DNA of 64,000 nt from Desulfatiglandales bacterium (GCA_963667015.2 CAXXJJ010000001.1:2336001-2400000); one strand, 5' to 3'. Positions 10,488-21,116 are shown, counted from the first letter of the stretch. Notes: generated by a model from the sequence alone, not told the origin. Numbers and translations are program-made.

Positions 10488-13421
10488 CTACATCCTTTGT
10501 CTGTTCCCGTCAGGATCGTAAAACGGGGTAGATACTACCTTGGCGTAAATTCTTTTTTCAGAATTATTACCTTCGAACATCTCCAGGGAAGTGCCTGTTT
10601 TTGCCAGGTCTGAATGTACATGTGCCAGCCCTATGGATTCATTAAGAGTAAAACTGAATCGTGCTGTACATACATGGCCCCTGATCCTTTTGTCCACTAT
10701 TATAGAACCGTCCAGTGGCGGCCTGTGCGAGTCTTCCATCTTGAATCCTACCAGTTTCATCCGGCCCTCCTGGTGTTCCGTGAAGCGAAGAGCCGGGGCA
10801 CCGACAGTCTTGTATACAGATTTTTCCCTGTGCCACAGTGATCCAAGTCCCAGATCATGCAATGTGGTCCTTATTTCAGTTTCCTGGCCTATGATTATAT
10901 GACCTTTTTCAAGCCGGAGGACATTTTGTGCCTCGAGTCCAAAGGGCATTAAATTGTATGGTCTGCCTGCCTCCAGCAGCAGGTCCCACACGGTTCTCGT
11001 ATATGATGAAGGAATGTGCAGTTCATATGACAGTTCGCCAATAAATCCCAGCCTCATGGCCCTTACCGGTATTTCTCCCTTTATATTAAACTCCCTGTAC
11101 CCTGCATACGGAAAGGCGTCATTCGATAGATCCGCATCGGTAATTGCACTGAGCACTTCACGGGATTTGGGGCCGGCCAGGTTTATGGCACCAAAGGCAT
11201 CCGTTAAATTAACTATACTGAAATCCCAGAGCTCATGACGCGTGTGATACCTGATCCATTCCGCAGTAGAGTCGGCACGGTTTGAGGATGATGTTAAATA
11301 ATAATCATTTTCTCCGCGCCTGACGACCAAACCATCGTCAATAAGACATCCATCCTCGTTGCACATTGCAGAATATTTTACCCTGCTTTCACTGGTTTTA
11401 CTCATATCACCAACATAGACCCTCTGCAGAGCCATGAGGGCCTCCGGTCCAAAAATCCTAAATTTACCAAGAGTGCTGACATCGATTATTCCTGCATTGT
11501 TTCGAACGTTTTCTATCTCCTGGCGGCAGGTTAAGTCGTCCGAAAAATAACGTACTCGCTTCCAGGCGCCTGTCCGCCGGAAAACCGCACCGGGAAAAGT
11601 TTTCATGCTTTCATGAAGAGGCGTTTGTTTGACAGAATCACATTTTTTACCGGCAAAGGTTGCCAGAAAACCCGGAACAAGAGGTGGGCGGATCGTGGTT
11701 GGAAGGGGTGTTGTGCTTGAGTCACTGTGTTGCTGAAGGTGTTGCGCGACAATCAACGGCAGATTATGACCCGGTATACTGCCCTGGCCGGGTCCCAGCC
11801 CTGCTGTTGAAAATCTTTTTACAAGCTCGATATTTTCAAACCCCGCATCAAATGCCTGATATATGTTTTTTATTGTCACGTCTTCATCAAAACAGATAAA
11901 ACGTTTTTTTCCGGGACCCGGGGCCTGGACCAGTCCGGAGCCCCTGCTTGGACCGGGTAGCTGTTCAAGCTTTTCACGGGCATGCCTGATATGATTATTA
12001 ACAGACACATCGCAATCAGAAGAGGCCAATAAACCTGCCATGCGGCCTGACTCCTCAATGGAAAGGCTGTCAGTATATCCAAGCAGCCTTCCTGCCGCAT
12101 GGACTTTTGGCGGCAATGTCTCCGGAAGAAAAAATTTAGTTAAATGATCATAGGACATTTTGACTTTGGCCAGGAAGAGGGGACCCGCCGCAGGGGTCAG
12201 GCCTGCCGATGTAAGTAGTGTATCACAGGCGATTTTCCTGCTCATCGCCCCGTCAATGGTGCACAGTGAAACGCTTTTTAAAATTCTGTTTCCATAGGAT
12301 TTTGAGATCACCCATCCTCTTAAGAAAGGGATTTTCCTTTTTTCAAGTCCATCCATTAGATGAGGGTCCTGACCATCGAGCCTGGTATCTGCAACACACA
12401 AGATCTTTAAGCCCAGATCATAAAGATCAATCGCAGCTTCGAGACCCAGGTCGTCTCCGACGCTGAAAACAGCATCTTTACCGGGAAGCAGTCCGTATGT
12501 CCTTGCCAGTCTGTGGCCGCAATTGACCTGCATAATCCCAGGTCTTTCGTTATGATCAAAAATCATAGGCCGCTCAATACAGCCCGTGGCAACCACAACA
12601 CTTTCTGCGCTGAGCTGAATGTAGCGTTCATCGAACGGATCGGAATCTTTGCCTGTCTGAAAAGCAGTAATTATATTTCCGGCATAGAATCCCATCATGC
12701 TTGTGTTTGCAAAAAATCGGATGTTCTCTCTTTTACCTACCTCATCTGCGAGCTGTCGGGCCCTTTTGTAGAGTGGAACATCAGGAGAATATTCCGTTGA
12801 ACGATAGTCAAAGAATCCACCGGCCCAGGGACGCGCTTCAAGGAGGATGACACGAAGACCCTGATCGGCCGCTGCCAGTGCCGCACTTATCCCGGCAGGG
12901 CCGGCCCCTATAATGCAGACATCAGTACTGGGATATATCTCGTCAAAATCCCCTTTCATGCGAAAAGAGGGCTTTAGCCGTCCTAATCCTGCGGCTTTCC
13001 TCAGGCGGTTTTGAAAAAAAGGCCACAGTTTGTAGGGTTTATGAAAATAGTGATAGTAAAAACCCGCGGGCAGAAACCTGTCCAGTTTATCCACAAAGGA
13101 CATAAAATCGTGTTCGGGGCTTCCCGCAACATTCTGAGGCTTCACAATCATACCTTCCCTGAGCCGCATTACCTCGGACCGGACATTGGGGATATCATCA
13201 ACCTCCATAAGACAATTGCTGCATTCTCCATCAAGACTGTAAAGACCGCGGGGCCTGTGATATTTAAGACTCCTTGAAAAAATCCGGACACCATTGGCAT
13301 AGAGCGCTGTAGCTATACTGTCTCCTTTTATCCCTTTATAACGTTTACCACTGTAGGTAAATGACAGTTCCGCTGCAGGGTCTATTTTAAGAGTCGGCAG
13401 GTCTTTAAGCCGGGGTATCAT
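10488..13421 (-). CDS. soxA: Sarcosine oxidase alpha-subunit family (Fe-S/NAD-binding plus GcvT folate domain)
   Basis: SRSLKYHRPRG, GAGPAG, CFDEDVT, DVSTLGK, LRLEKG, PFYDP motifs. Confidence 0.9.
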   Translation of the reverse strand: MIPRLKDLPTLKIDPAAELSFTYSGKRYKGIKGDSIATALYANGVRIFSRSLKYHRPRGLYSLDGECSNCLMEVDDIPNVRSEVMRLREGMIVKPQNVAGSPEHDFMSFVDKLDRFLPAGFYYHYFHKPYKLWPFFQNRLRKAAGLGRLKPSFRMKGDFDEIYPSTDVCIIGAGPAGISAALAAADQGLRVILLEARPWAGGFFDYRSTEYSPDVPLYKRARQLADEVGKRENIRFFANTSMMGFYAGNIITAFQTGKDSDPFDERYIQLSAESVVVATGCIERPMIFDHNERPGIMQVNCGHRLARTYGLLPGKDAVFSVGDDLGLEAAIDLYDLGLKILCVADTRLDGQDPHLMDGLEKRKIPFLRGWVISKSYGNRILKSVSLCTIDGAMSRKIACDTLLTSAGLTPAAGPLFLAKVKMSYDHLTKFFLPETLPPKVHAAGRLLGYTDSLSIEESGRMAGLLASSDCDVSVNNHIRHAREKLEQLPGPSRGSGLVQAPGPGKKRFICFDEDVTIKNIYQAFDAGFENIELVKRFSTAGLGPGQGSIPGHNLPLIVAQHLQQHSDSSTTPLPTTIRPPLVPGFLATFAGKKCDSVKQTPLHESMKTFPGAVFRRTGAWKRVRYFSDDLTCRQEIENVRNNAGIIDVSTLGKFRIFGPEALMALQRVYVGDMSKTSESRVKYSAMCNEDGCLIDDGLVVRRGENDYYLTSSSNRADSTAEWIRYHTRHELWDFSIVNLTDAFGAINLAGPKSREVLSAITDADLSNDAFPYAGYREFNIKGEIPVRAMRLGFIGELSYELHIPSSYTRTVWDLLLEAGRPYNLMPFGLEAQNVLRLEKGHIIIGQETEIRTTLHDLGLGSLWHREKSVYKTVGAPALRFTEHQEGRMKLVGFKMEDSHRPPLDGSIIVDKRIRGHVCTARFSFTLNESIGLAHVHSDLAKTGTSLEMFEGNNSEKRIYAKVVSTPFYDPDGNRQRM

Positions 13422-13675
13422 ATTCCCTCTCTATCTTTGACTTCAAGGTTCGTCAATGTATTCCGCAGTATCGTAAACCACGATCCACAGCCGTCCCTGT
13501 GGTACCACCACTCACGCTGGATTCCTCCGATATTGTTTCGCATGTGCACATAGTTACACCACTGTTCATGAGTAAGGCCCTCCTCGTCAGGTCGGGGACC
13601 GCGCTCTTCTCCTCCAAAACGAAATTCATAACCGTTTCGTTTACCGCAAATGGGGCAGGTAATGGTCAGTGACAT
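13418..13675 (-). CDS. soxD: Sarcosine oxidase delta subunit
   Basis: CPICG.R..EF..GGE, EWWYH..GC..W..RNT.T zinc-binding motif. Confidence 0.92.
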   Translation of the reverse strand: MSLTITCPICGKRNGYEFRFGGEERGPRPDEEGLTHEQWCNYVHMRNNIGGIQREWWYHRDGCGSWFTILRNTLTNLEVKDREGI

Positions 13676-13695
13676 GTTTTGCGCCTCTGATTTGA

Positions 13696-14940
13696 TTAAT
13701 TCCAGGGCCCGTAATTAACCGGGTTGGCGATTTCACCCATCAGTTTGTGATCTTCATATCTCCTGAGATTAAAAGGAGCAAGCCTTTCGGGACAGGTTCC
13801 GGTGGCCATGAATTCGGCCATATATTTTCCTATTACTGCACCGGACTTGAATCCGAAGTATCCCCATCCGCAGTCCATGAAATAACCCTTAATATGGTCG
13901 TTGCCATCGATGATCGGCGCCATATCAGGGGTCATATCCGCGAGGCCTGCCCAGGACCGCATAAATTTCACTCCTTTAAGGCAGGGCATAAGTTCTGTTA
14001 AGGCCTCAGCCTGGTGTTTGATATAATGGGCAGACACGTCCGTTGTGTAGTTGGGCCATGGGTCCATATGCGCACCGGTAGCGATCTCTCCCTTGAGAGT
14101 CTGATTCGCGTAGCAGTGGTAGGTGCCGGACGAAACAACATGATGCAGGAGAGGTTTAAGCGGCTGGGTAACCATGGCCTGGATGGTTAAAACATGTATC
14201 GGCAGCTGGATGCCCACCATTGCCGAGATGAGGGTTGAATAGGCTCCCGCGGCGTTCAGGACCAGGGGTGTGGAAATACGACCCCTGTCTGTTTCCACCG
14301 ATGCTATCCTGCCATTCTGTACGTTGATTCCGGTCACTTCCGTACACTGGTGGATATGAACTCCAAGATTGACAGCTCCCCGAGCCAGGCCCCATACCAC
14401 TGCATCATGGCGGACAATTCCGCCGGGAGGATGGTACATGCCTCCCATAACGGGGTATGTAAGGCGATCCGATATATCAAGTATAGGCACTAACTCTTTA
14501 CACTGTTTCGCGTCTACGATTTCACTCTTAACTCCATGAAATTGTGCTGAAGCCACCTGAAGGCGCATAGAACCGAGGGCCGCTTCGCTGTGTGCCAGGT
14601 TGAGGTTCCCGCAGTTGAAAAACATCAGGTTGAAGTCGAGTTCACTGGTGAGTTTAGGCCAGAGTTCAAGACCTTCTGCGTACAGGGGGAGATTTTCTTT
14701 TGTTCTCTGATTCGCGCGTACAATGGCGGTATTTCTTCCTGATCCGCCAAACCCGATGTATTTTTTCTCAATAACCGCAACATTGGTCATGCCTCTTTCT
14801 TTTGCAAGGAAATAGGCCGTAGCAATTCCATGCAGGCCGCCGCCGATAATAACTGCATCATAGCTTTCTTTTATGGGCTGCCTTTTAAGTATGCGTTGTT
14901 TCTTTCTCCCGGATAATCCGGGAAAGATTTTTGAAATCAT
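13696..14940 (-). CDS. soxB: Sarcosine oxidase beta-subunit family FAD oxidoreductase
   Basis: GGGLHG.ATAY.LA, GRNTAIVR, RHDAV.WG (His that carries covalent FMN in characterised enzymes), DMTPD..PI, GWG..GFK. Confidence 0.92.
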   Translation of the reverse strand: MISKIFPGLSGRKKQRILKRQPIKESYDAVIIGGGLHGIATAYFLAKERGMTNVAVIEKKYIGFGGSGRNTAIVRANQRTKENLPLYAEGLELWPKLTSELDFNLMFFNCGNLNLAHSEAALGSMRLQVASAQFHGVKSEIVDAKQCKELVPILDISDRLTYPVMGGMYHPPGGIVRHDAVVWGLARGAVNLGVHIHQCTEVTGINVQNGRIASVETDRGRISTPLVLNAAGAYSTLISAMVGIQLPIHVLTIQAMVTQPLKPLLHHVVSSGTYHCYANQTLKGEIATGAHMDPWPNYTTDVSAHYIKHQAEALTELMPCLKGVKFMRSWAGLADMTPDMAPIIDGNDHIKGYFMDCGWGYFGFKSGAVIGKYMAEFMATGTCPERLAPFNLRRYEDHKLMGEIANPVNYGPWN

Positions 14941-15205
14941 AGAGCGCTGGCCTTTTTAAAAAAAAGATTTTAAGTAATTATTAAGAATAACGTAGAATTC
15001 AGTAGGGCAGCTTTTTCAGTCGGAGCAGGCCAATTGTAACTAAAAGAGGAGATATAATTGTTTTAACAGAGATCATTAATTATGTAGCTTTGATTATTAA
15101 TGCTAACATAGTGAATAAGTATGTCAAGGGTGAAGCCGATTTAAAAACAGGACAGCATAAAGACATAAAGAAGGTTTACCCGAGGAGAGGGCTTTGGCCG
15201 GACGG

Positions 15206-15973
15206 TTACCAGGCTGTCCAGCCGCCATCGATAACCATCTCTGCACCGGTTACCATTCTTGATTCATCAGATGCAAGATATAAAACTCCATAGGCGACGT
15301 CGATCGGTTTTCCCAGGTGGCCTATTGGATGGGCCTTTTCAAGAGTTTCCCTTATAACCTCGTCCTTAAGCATCTCGCTTACCATTTGTGTTTCCATGGC
15401 GCCGGGATGGATTGAGTTGACGCGGATATTATAGTTTCGGCCCGCCTTTGAGCACTCCAGGGCTGCTGCCTTTGTAAATGATCTGACACCGCCTTTTGCC
15501 GCACAATATGCACTTGTACTGTCTACAGTGCCAACGATGCCTACAACAGACGAAATATTTATAATCGATCCGCCTCCGGTTTTTTTCATGGCCCTTATGG
15601 CGTGTTTGGTTCCCAGAAAAACACCGTCCAGGCAGATGCTCATTAATCTTCGCCAGTCTTCAAGGGGGGTGTCTTCAAGTTCCTTCACATACTGGATTCC
15701 GGCATTGTTTACGAGAACATCCAGGTTTTGAAACTCTGAAAGGGTTTTATCTATTGCGTTCTCCCAGTCTGATTCTCTGGAGACATTGAGCTTTGCAAAC
15801 AGGGCTTTTCCGCCTTCCTGCCGTATCTTTTCAACTACATCATGTCCCTTGCTTTCATTGATGTCAGCTACAACGACAGCGGCGCCTTCTTTTGCCAGTA
15901 ATAATGCGCTTGCTTCCCCGAGTCCGCTTGCAGAACCGGTGATAATAGCTGTTTTGCCTTTAACTCGATCCAT
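15206..15973 (-). CDS. Classical SDR oxidoreductase (hydroxysteroid/cyclic alcohol dehydrogenase-like)
   Basis: TGSASGLG, NNAG, YCAAK, IRVNSIHPG, IDGG. Confidence 0.9.
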   Translation of the reverse strand: MDRVKGKTAIITGSASGLGEASALLLAKEGAAVVVADINESKGHDVVEKIRQEGGKALFAKLNVSRESDWENAIDKTLSEFQNLDVLVNNAGIQYVKELEDTPLEDWRRLMSICLDGVFLGTKHAIRAMKKTGGGSIINISSVVGIVGTVDSTSAYCAAKGGVRSFTKAAALECSKAGRNYNIRVNSIHPGAMETQMVSEMLKDEVIRETLEKAHPIGHLGKPIDVAYGVLYLASDESRMVTGAEMVIDGGWTAW

Positions 15974-16025
15974 TTTTTCCTCCTGGCAAATCCTGTTTAT
16001 CCTGTCTAACAGTTCGGTTTAAAAA

Positions 16026-16529
16026 TTATGAATCAGTTTGATTGTCTCTCCTGCTGATGATTTCAGCAACCCATCCACACACTTTACTCATCTTTTCGGT
16101 ACATTTTTGTTTTGCTTCGGGTGTATCTATAAATGACTGGAACTGGTCAGGATCACGGAAGTCAAATCCGGTAAGTTCACAGCAATTTGTCTTGCCGTAT
16201 TCATTAATGAAACGATCTATGAGTTCCATTGCAGGGTCAACTGTTTCGGCCTTCGCCTCAGCATCAGTCTTCTGATTACCCGGACCATACTTTACGCCAA
16301 GAACTATCAAACCCCCGGATATTGCGCCGCAGGTCAAACATCGTTTTGATCCGCCCGCAAAAAAAGAGGCTGCTTTTAAAACAAGCTCATCCGAGATGCC
16401 CAGAATCTCCATAAGTGTTCCCGCTACAACCTGCGAACATCCATGGAATTCCGGACCATATACTGCTGCCATTTCTTCGGCAATTTTTTTAAACTGTTCT
16501 GGAAATTTAGTAATTCTCAATTCTGTCAT
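16026..16529 (-). CDS. C-GCAxxG-C-C family putative redox protein
   Basis: GCSQ ... TCGAISGG ... NCCELTG ... KC cysteine pattern. Confidence 0.85.
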   Translation of the reverse strand: MTELRITKFPEQFKKIAEEMAAVYGPEFHGCSQVVAGTLMEILGISDELVLKAASFFAGGSKRCLTCGAISGGLIVLGVKYGPGNQKTDAEAKAETVDPAMELIDRFINEYGKTNCCELTGFDFRDPDQFQSFIDTPEAKQKCTEKMSKVCGWVAEIISRRDNQTDS

Positions 16530-16636
16530 TAAAGACCCTCAAAAATATTTTGACAGAGATTTAGAAGGGCAAGGTCAGCCTTGTTTCTCCCAATGCCATA
16601 ATTTTTCGATACTTTTAAAAAGGATTGGTTTTTATT

Positions 16637-17281
16637 TTAAGTCAACGGAAACAAACGCCCGGATCTTGGCTCTCCGCATCCCGCGCATTCGGCATCATAC
16701 CAGCTCATGGGCATGCCGCATTTGGGGCAAAGCCAGCGCTTTTCCTCGTATTTAACCCATTCCTGAACACCCATTTCACGAATTTTCTTAAGGTTTGGCA
16801 GGTATTCATCACGATGAAAATAGTTGCCCATATTAATTAAATTCGTAATACGATTGCAGGGCAGCTCTTTACAGTCAGAACAGCGGGAATTACTCTGTGT
16901 TTTCAGTGCGTGCAGCCTTATATTGCACATCTGGCAATGGCCGGCTAGCTTGCCACCGCTGAGACAGCCGTCGCAGACAAGACCGTCCATCCAGTTCGAA
17001 GGCGGAACTCCCTTCATTGTCTTCGTTGGTCTTTTTTGCAGTCTCATTTTATTTTGCTCTTTATCACCGTGCTTGGCGAGGTAAGCCGGGCAGGCCCCGC
17101 AATATGTTCCGCATGCCGCTGCCAGGTGTACTTTGACCCTGCCGTCTTTGATTTTGAGTTCTGAGTTGTCTTCTGATGATGCCAGAGAATCCAATGGAAG
17201 ACATGCAGAACAGACAACCGCACCGGCGACACCTTTTACAAACTTTCTTCGGGTTATCTTCTCATTATCGTCATGATCCAT
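16637..17281 (-). CDS. DUF3795-type Cys-rich protein with twin-arginine signal
   Basis: TRRKFVKG then hydrophobic stretch; CGTYCGACPAY, CDGC, CSDCKELPC, CPKC..CAGC; likely start MDHDD at 17281. Confidence 0.75.
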   Translation of the reverse strand: MDHDDNEKITRRKFVKGVAGAVVCSACLPLDSLASSEDNSELKIKDGRVKVHLAAACGTYCGACPAYLAKHGDKEQNKMRLQKRPTKTMKGVPPSNWMDGLVCDGCLSGGKLAGHCQMCNIRLHALKTQSNSRCSDCKELPCNRITNLINMGNYFHRDEYLPNLKKIREMGVQEWVKYEEKRWLCPKCGMPMSWYDAECAGCGEPRSGRLFPLT

Positions 17282-17347
17282 ATCTCTATCACTCCTTTTT
17301 TTATCTGTTATTGATAGGGACACTGGAATAGAAAGTCAACCTTATTT

Positions 17348-17537
17348 CGACCAATTGATCATCTGAAAAAGCCCCGAATGATAAATTTAAATCGCATCCC
17401 CTGCGTTCGAGCATTTATTTATGCTGATCATATGTCAGTAAAAATGGTTCGGCATAATCGGCAAATGCCTGAACAAACGTTTCATGGATGGTTTTAATAC
17501 TGGTGTTGTTGAGTGTTGTGACAGTGATTGTTTCCAT
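17348..17537 (-). pseudogene. Remnant of a GNAT acetyltransferase N-terminus
   Basis: METITVTTLNNTSIKTIHETFVQAFADYAEPFLLTYDQHK*MLERRGCDLNLSFGAFSDDQLV; internal TAA at 17415-17417, similarity then stops. Confidence 0.6.
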
Positions 17538-17845
17538 CAGATATTTTATCTTCCTTTTTGAAAATTATAAATTATTGTTGAGAGGCAGATATACTTGAAT
17601 GACAGAAATGAATCCTGAATTCAAGTATAGGATAATAATACTTGACCTGCAGATCTACTATTCCCATCAAAAAACACATTTTGACATGGTTATTTTATTA
17701 AGTTAATATTCCAGTCAGTAGAGCTTCCTTTTGAACCTGATCAGATGTTTTACAATACGATATGAATCCATCGATTCTTGTTAAATTCCCTTTTATTCTA
17801 TCACTTTAATTTTCTGTCCTTAATAAGCTTGAAAGAGATAATATT

Positions 17846-19462
17846 ATGTCTAGGTATCTGATTATACTCACGCTTCTTTTTTTAGCGGTGAACGAAAACG
17901 AAGTTCGCATTAAGGTGTATGAGAGTCCGTATGAGTGCGCTTTTCTGCGGAGCTTTAGCTACGACAAAATCGGACGCAGACTTGTATGCGTAACCCAGAG
18001 TAGCGAACTGCTGGTGTGGAATGACAACAGCAAAACTCCCGTCGTCAAAAAACTTGAGAAAATGACGGGTAGTCACGCCTTTGATAGAGCACCCATGAGC
18101 GCTGTCCTGGCAAATGGTGGCAAAGAGATTGTCCTATTCTACATCGATGGGAGAGTCCAGGTATGGAATGTCGACACCGGTCTGAAAGTTAAGGATCTTG
18201 AGAGCAACAGAAAATATTTTGCCTACGCATACGCGTCACCTGATGGGGAATTGGTTGCGTGTTTGTCATATGCCGGCGAGAGTAACTCAAGCGCGATTTT
18301 ATTCTGGAACACCCGCGATTGGACAACCGCAGGCAGGATTGAAAGCACGGAGAGGATAAACGATTTTTGCTTTTCAGGGGATGCTAAAAAGGTGTTCGCT
18401 TGCGTTGGTCACCCAACCGATCAGAAGCATCTCGGTTTTACCGGCATCTTAGCCTGGGATCTTAAAACCAGACAGGAAAAGGGTAGAATAGAATATGGTA
18501 CCGGCTTTCCAATTCGCATCGCGGTTTCTCCAGATGCGCGCTGGGTGGCTACTGGTGGTGGCGATGCGGGTCCTGTTGCCCAGAATTCACGCAAGCTGAG
18601 TGGTCACCTCCGCCTTTTTGATTGGGAAGCTAAGAAGTTTTTGAGAGAACCGTATACTCAGGCCGATGACTATGTCCGCACGGTCCAATTCAGCCCGGAC
18701 TCCAGGTACCTCTATAGTGGATTTCATTCAGATCCTTCCGAGGGCAGGGGGTATACAGCAGGTATTCGGGCTTTCCGTGTTGGGGATTGGGTTTCCGAAT
18801 GGGATACAACGCTTAAACTCAATCCGATCGAGCTTGTTATTTCCCCAAACGGAAAGGACATTCTCGTCAATGATTTGATTGGTCTTAATATCATAGATGC
18901 GAAGGACGGGACATTCAGGGGAACAAAACTGAAGTTCCGATTTTATCCGGAAGATCAGAACAGGCAATGGAAAGTTATTATTGTGCAAATGTTTTTGATG
19001 GGTATTTTTGCGACTTTTTTTATGGATTTACTAGCCGGTTTTCTTGCTAAAAGAAAAGTCATTTATCCATTCATTTCACCTGAAGCCATCGGGAGGTGGT
19101 TCCTTTACATTTTCAGAGGCCGGTTTTTACATAAAGACATCAACGAGACACCGGCTTTAAAAAATGAGAAAATGTGGTGTTTAATATCACATTATTTGAT
19201 TGGAGTTGTTTTAGCCGGAATTTATCTTTTTCTTAATCTGATATTTCCAGTGATCAGGAATCAGCCATGGGTGGCACTGATATTCGGCATCGCAACAGTA
19301 ATCCTTCCATGGTTTTTGATGCTTCCGGGTATTGGTCTTGGTGTCATGGCTTCTAAATCATCGAATAGATCACTTATTATTAGAACCAACCTTGTAAATC
19401 ATACTGTGTTCGGGCTGGGATTATTTATCTGGATTATCACTGTTCATAATTTCTTTTTATGA
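17846..19462 (+). CDS. WD40/beta-propeller protein fused to a DUF2938-like membrane domain
   Basis: Repeated xSPDG and W[ND] motifs, then MGIFATFFMDL...GRW..HY..G..PWF.M.PG.G.G...H.VFGLGL. Confidence 0.75.
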   Translation: MSRYLIILTLLFLAVNENEVRIKVYESPYECAFLRSFSYDKIGRRLVCVTQSSELLVWNDNSKTPVVKKLEKMTGSHAFDRAPMSAVLANGGKEIVLFYIDGRVQVWNVDTGLKVKDLESNRKYFAYAYASPDGELVACLSYAGESNSSAILFWNTRDWTTAGRIESTERINDFCFSGDAKKVFACVGHPTDQKHLGFTGILAWDLKTRQEKGRIEYGTGFPIRIAVSPDARWVATGGGDAGPVAQNSRKLSGHLRLFDWEAKKFLREPYTQADDYVRTVQFSPDSRYLYSGFHSDPSEGRGYTAGIRAFRVGDWVSEWDTTLKLNPIELVISPNGKDILVNDLIGLNIIDAKDGTFRGTKLKFRFYPEDQNRQWKVIIVQMFLMGIFATFFMDLLAGFLAKRKVIYPFISPEAIGRWFLYIFRGRFLHKDINETPALKNEKMWCLISHYLIGVVLAGIYLFLNLIFPVIRNQPWVALIFGIATVILPWFLMLPGIGLGVMASKSSNRSLIIRTNLVNHTVFGLGLFIWIITVHNFFL

Positions 19463-19549
19463 TAAATAGAGTTAAAAATGTGTATCCATTTACTTTGCTG
19501 TTTCGTCTGAAATTATTGACGAAGGTAAAAATATATAAAAAATAAAGAA

Positions 19550-20434
19550 TTGAGAACGAAAGTGAATCTACAGGATAAAATAGAAACACAATCAATACTG
19601 CTGCTGGATGGAGCAATGGGTACTCAACTTGCTGCTATGGGACTTGATATGGGCGGACAGAATTGTATAACTCATCCGTCTGATGTCCTTTCCATTCACA
19701 GGTGTTACTCCGGGTCAGGATCTGATGTCCTGATTACCAACACACTGACCATGAACAGGCTTTCCATTGAGTCACATGGTCTGAAAGTGGATGTGAAGGA
19801 TGTTAATATTTCTGGAGCAAAACTTGCTAAGGAAGCTGCCGGTCCGGGACAGTATGTTCTGGGCGATATCAGCTCGACAGGCCAGCTTCTGGAACCCTAT
19901 GGAGAATTTTCAGAAGAGCAGTTTTACAATACCTTTAGAGAACAGGCTGAATATCTTTTCAGCGCAGGTGTAGACGGGTTTATTATAGAAACGATAATTG
20001 ATCTGCGCGAGGCGCTGTGTGCCCTGCGCGCCTGCCGGGATGTCTCATCACTGCCGGTTTTTGTCACCCTTTCATTCGTGACAGCCGATAATGGCGGCCG
20101 TACTGTCATGGGCAACACAGCTGAAGAATCTGCAACTGCACTTGTTGAAGCCGGAGCAACTGCTGTAGGAGCCAACTGCGGAAATCTCGATCCTCATGAT
20201 ACATCCCTTATCATAGGAAGGATGCGGGAATGTGTGAGTGTCCCTCTTGTTGCTCAGCCAAATGCCGGAAAGCCAACTCTGGTTGATAATAGGACACTGT
20301 TTAATATGACCCCGGAAGACTTTGCCCATGGAATTGCCGAGTGTATCGAGGCCGGAGCAGCCCTTGTCGGAGGCTGCTGCGGAACAACACCAGAACATAT
20401 CCGGCGCGTTGCTGATATGATTTATCATAAATAA
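19550..20434 (+). CDS. Homocysteine S-methyltransferase family protein (stand-alone Hcy-binding domain)
   Basis: LLDGAMGT, GANC, PNAG.P, GGCCGTTPEHI zinc ligands. Confidence 0.92.
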   Translation: MRTKVNLQDKIETQSILLLDGAMGTQLAAMGLDMGGQNCITHPSDVLSIHRCYSGSGSDVLITNTLTMNRLSIESHGLKVDVKDVNISGAKLAKEAAGPGQYVLGDISSTGQLLEPYGEFSEEQFYNTFREQAEYLFSAGVDGFIIETIIDLREALCALRACRDVSSLPVFVTLSFVTADNGGRTVMGNTAEESATALVEAGATAVGANCGNLDPHDTSLIIGRMRECVSVPLVAQPNAGKPTLVDNRTLFNMTPEDFAHGIAECIEAGAALVGGCCGTTPEHIRRVADMIYHK

Positions 20435-21059
20435 AAGGATAAAAAGTCCCGAATATTTAACTTTTGCTTCTATCGATTTCAACAATCAGTCACTGGAAAG
20501 TGCCCTGACTTCAGCCGGCTAAAAAAAGCGGATGGTTCATAAATCGGTAAACCGAATGGTCTGTTTAACCGGGTCATCACATCACCAACATCTTGAATTG
20601 AATTGAAACGTATGCAGGTTGGATTATGTCCAGACCTATACTTAACCTGACGTAATCTGTAAATCGACTGAAACCTATAGTTGACAATTTGATATCACAA
20701 CCTTTTAGAACCCAATAAAACTACAAGTATGTTTTAGATATCTCAAAATATGATAAATGCCTGAAACTTTGGATACATAGCAGGTATATGAAATTCAACC
20801 ACTCTCCTTATTGCGATTAGAAACTAACTCGTAGCGAATTAATATCTCATATTGGCGGGCCAGAAATCGGAATGAAAGAGTCAATAGAGGTAACCGAAAT
20901 CAGTTATCAAAAAAATAAAAGTCAAAGGCTTAAGAAATTATCCAAACATTTAAAATATTAAAAAATCACCAAATAATTCAGGTATCCCCTGTCAAAAATA
21001 AACTTCTTAAAATAAAGATATCTGTAACCTTGAGACTCATATGCTATTCAATATACATT

Positions 21060-21116
21060 TATTGTTAAAAGGATTATGTTTATTGAAAAACAATATAATT
21101 ATATTGACAAACGATT
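21060..21116 (+). promoter_or_regulatory. Tandem operator-like sites overlapping a TTGACA -35 box
   Basis: TATTG at 21060, 21081, 21102 (21-bp period); central TATTG-N5-CAATA palindrome; TTGACA at 21104. Confidence 0.45.

Noticed and set aside
14941..15205. Glycine or other riboswitch upstream of soxB
   Set aside because: Only an AT-rich leader with TTGACA; no aptamer consensus seen.
20435..21050. Long intergenic stretch as ncRNA or gene remnant
   Set aside because: No convincing frame, repeat or structure recognised by eye.
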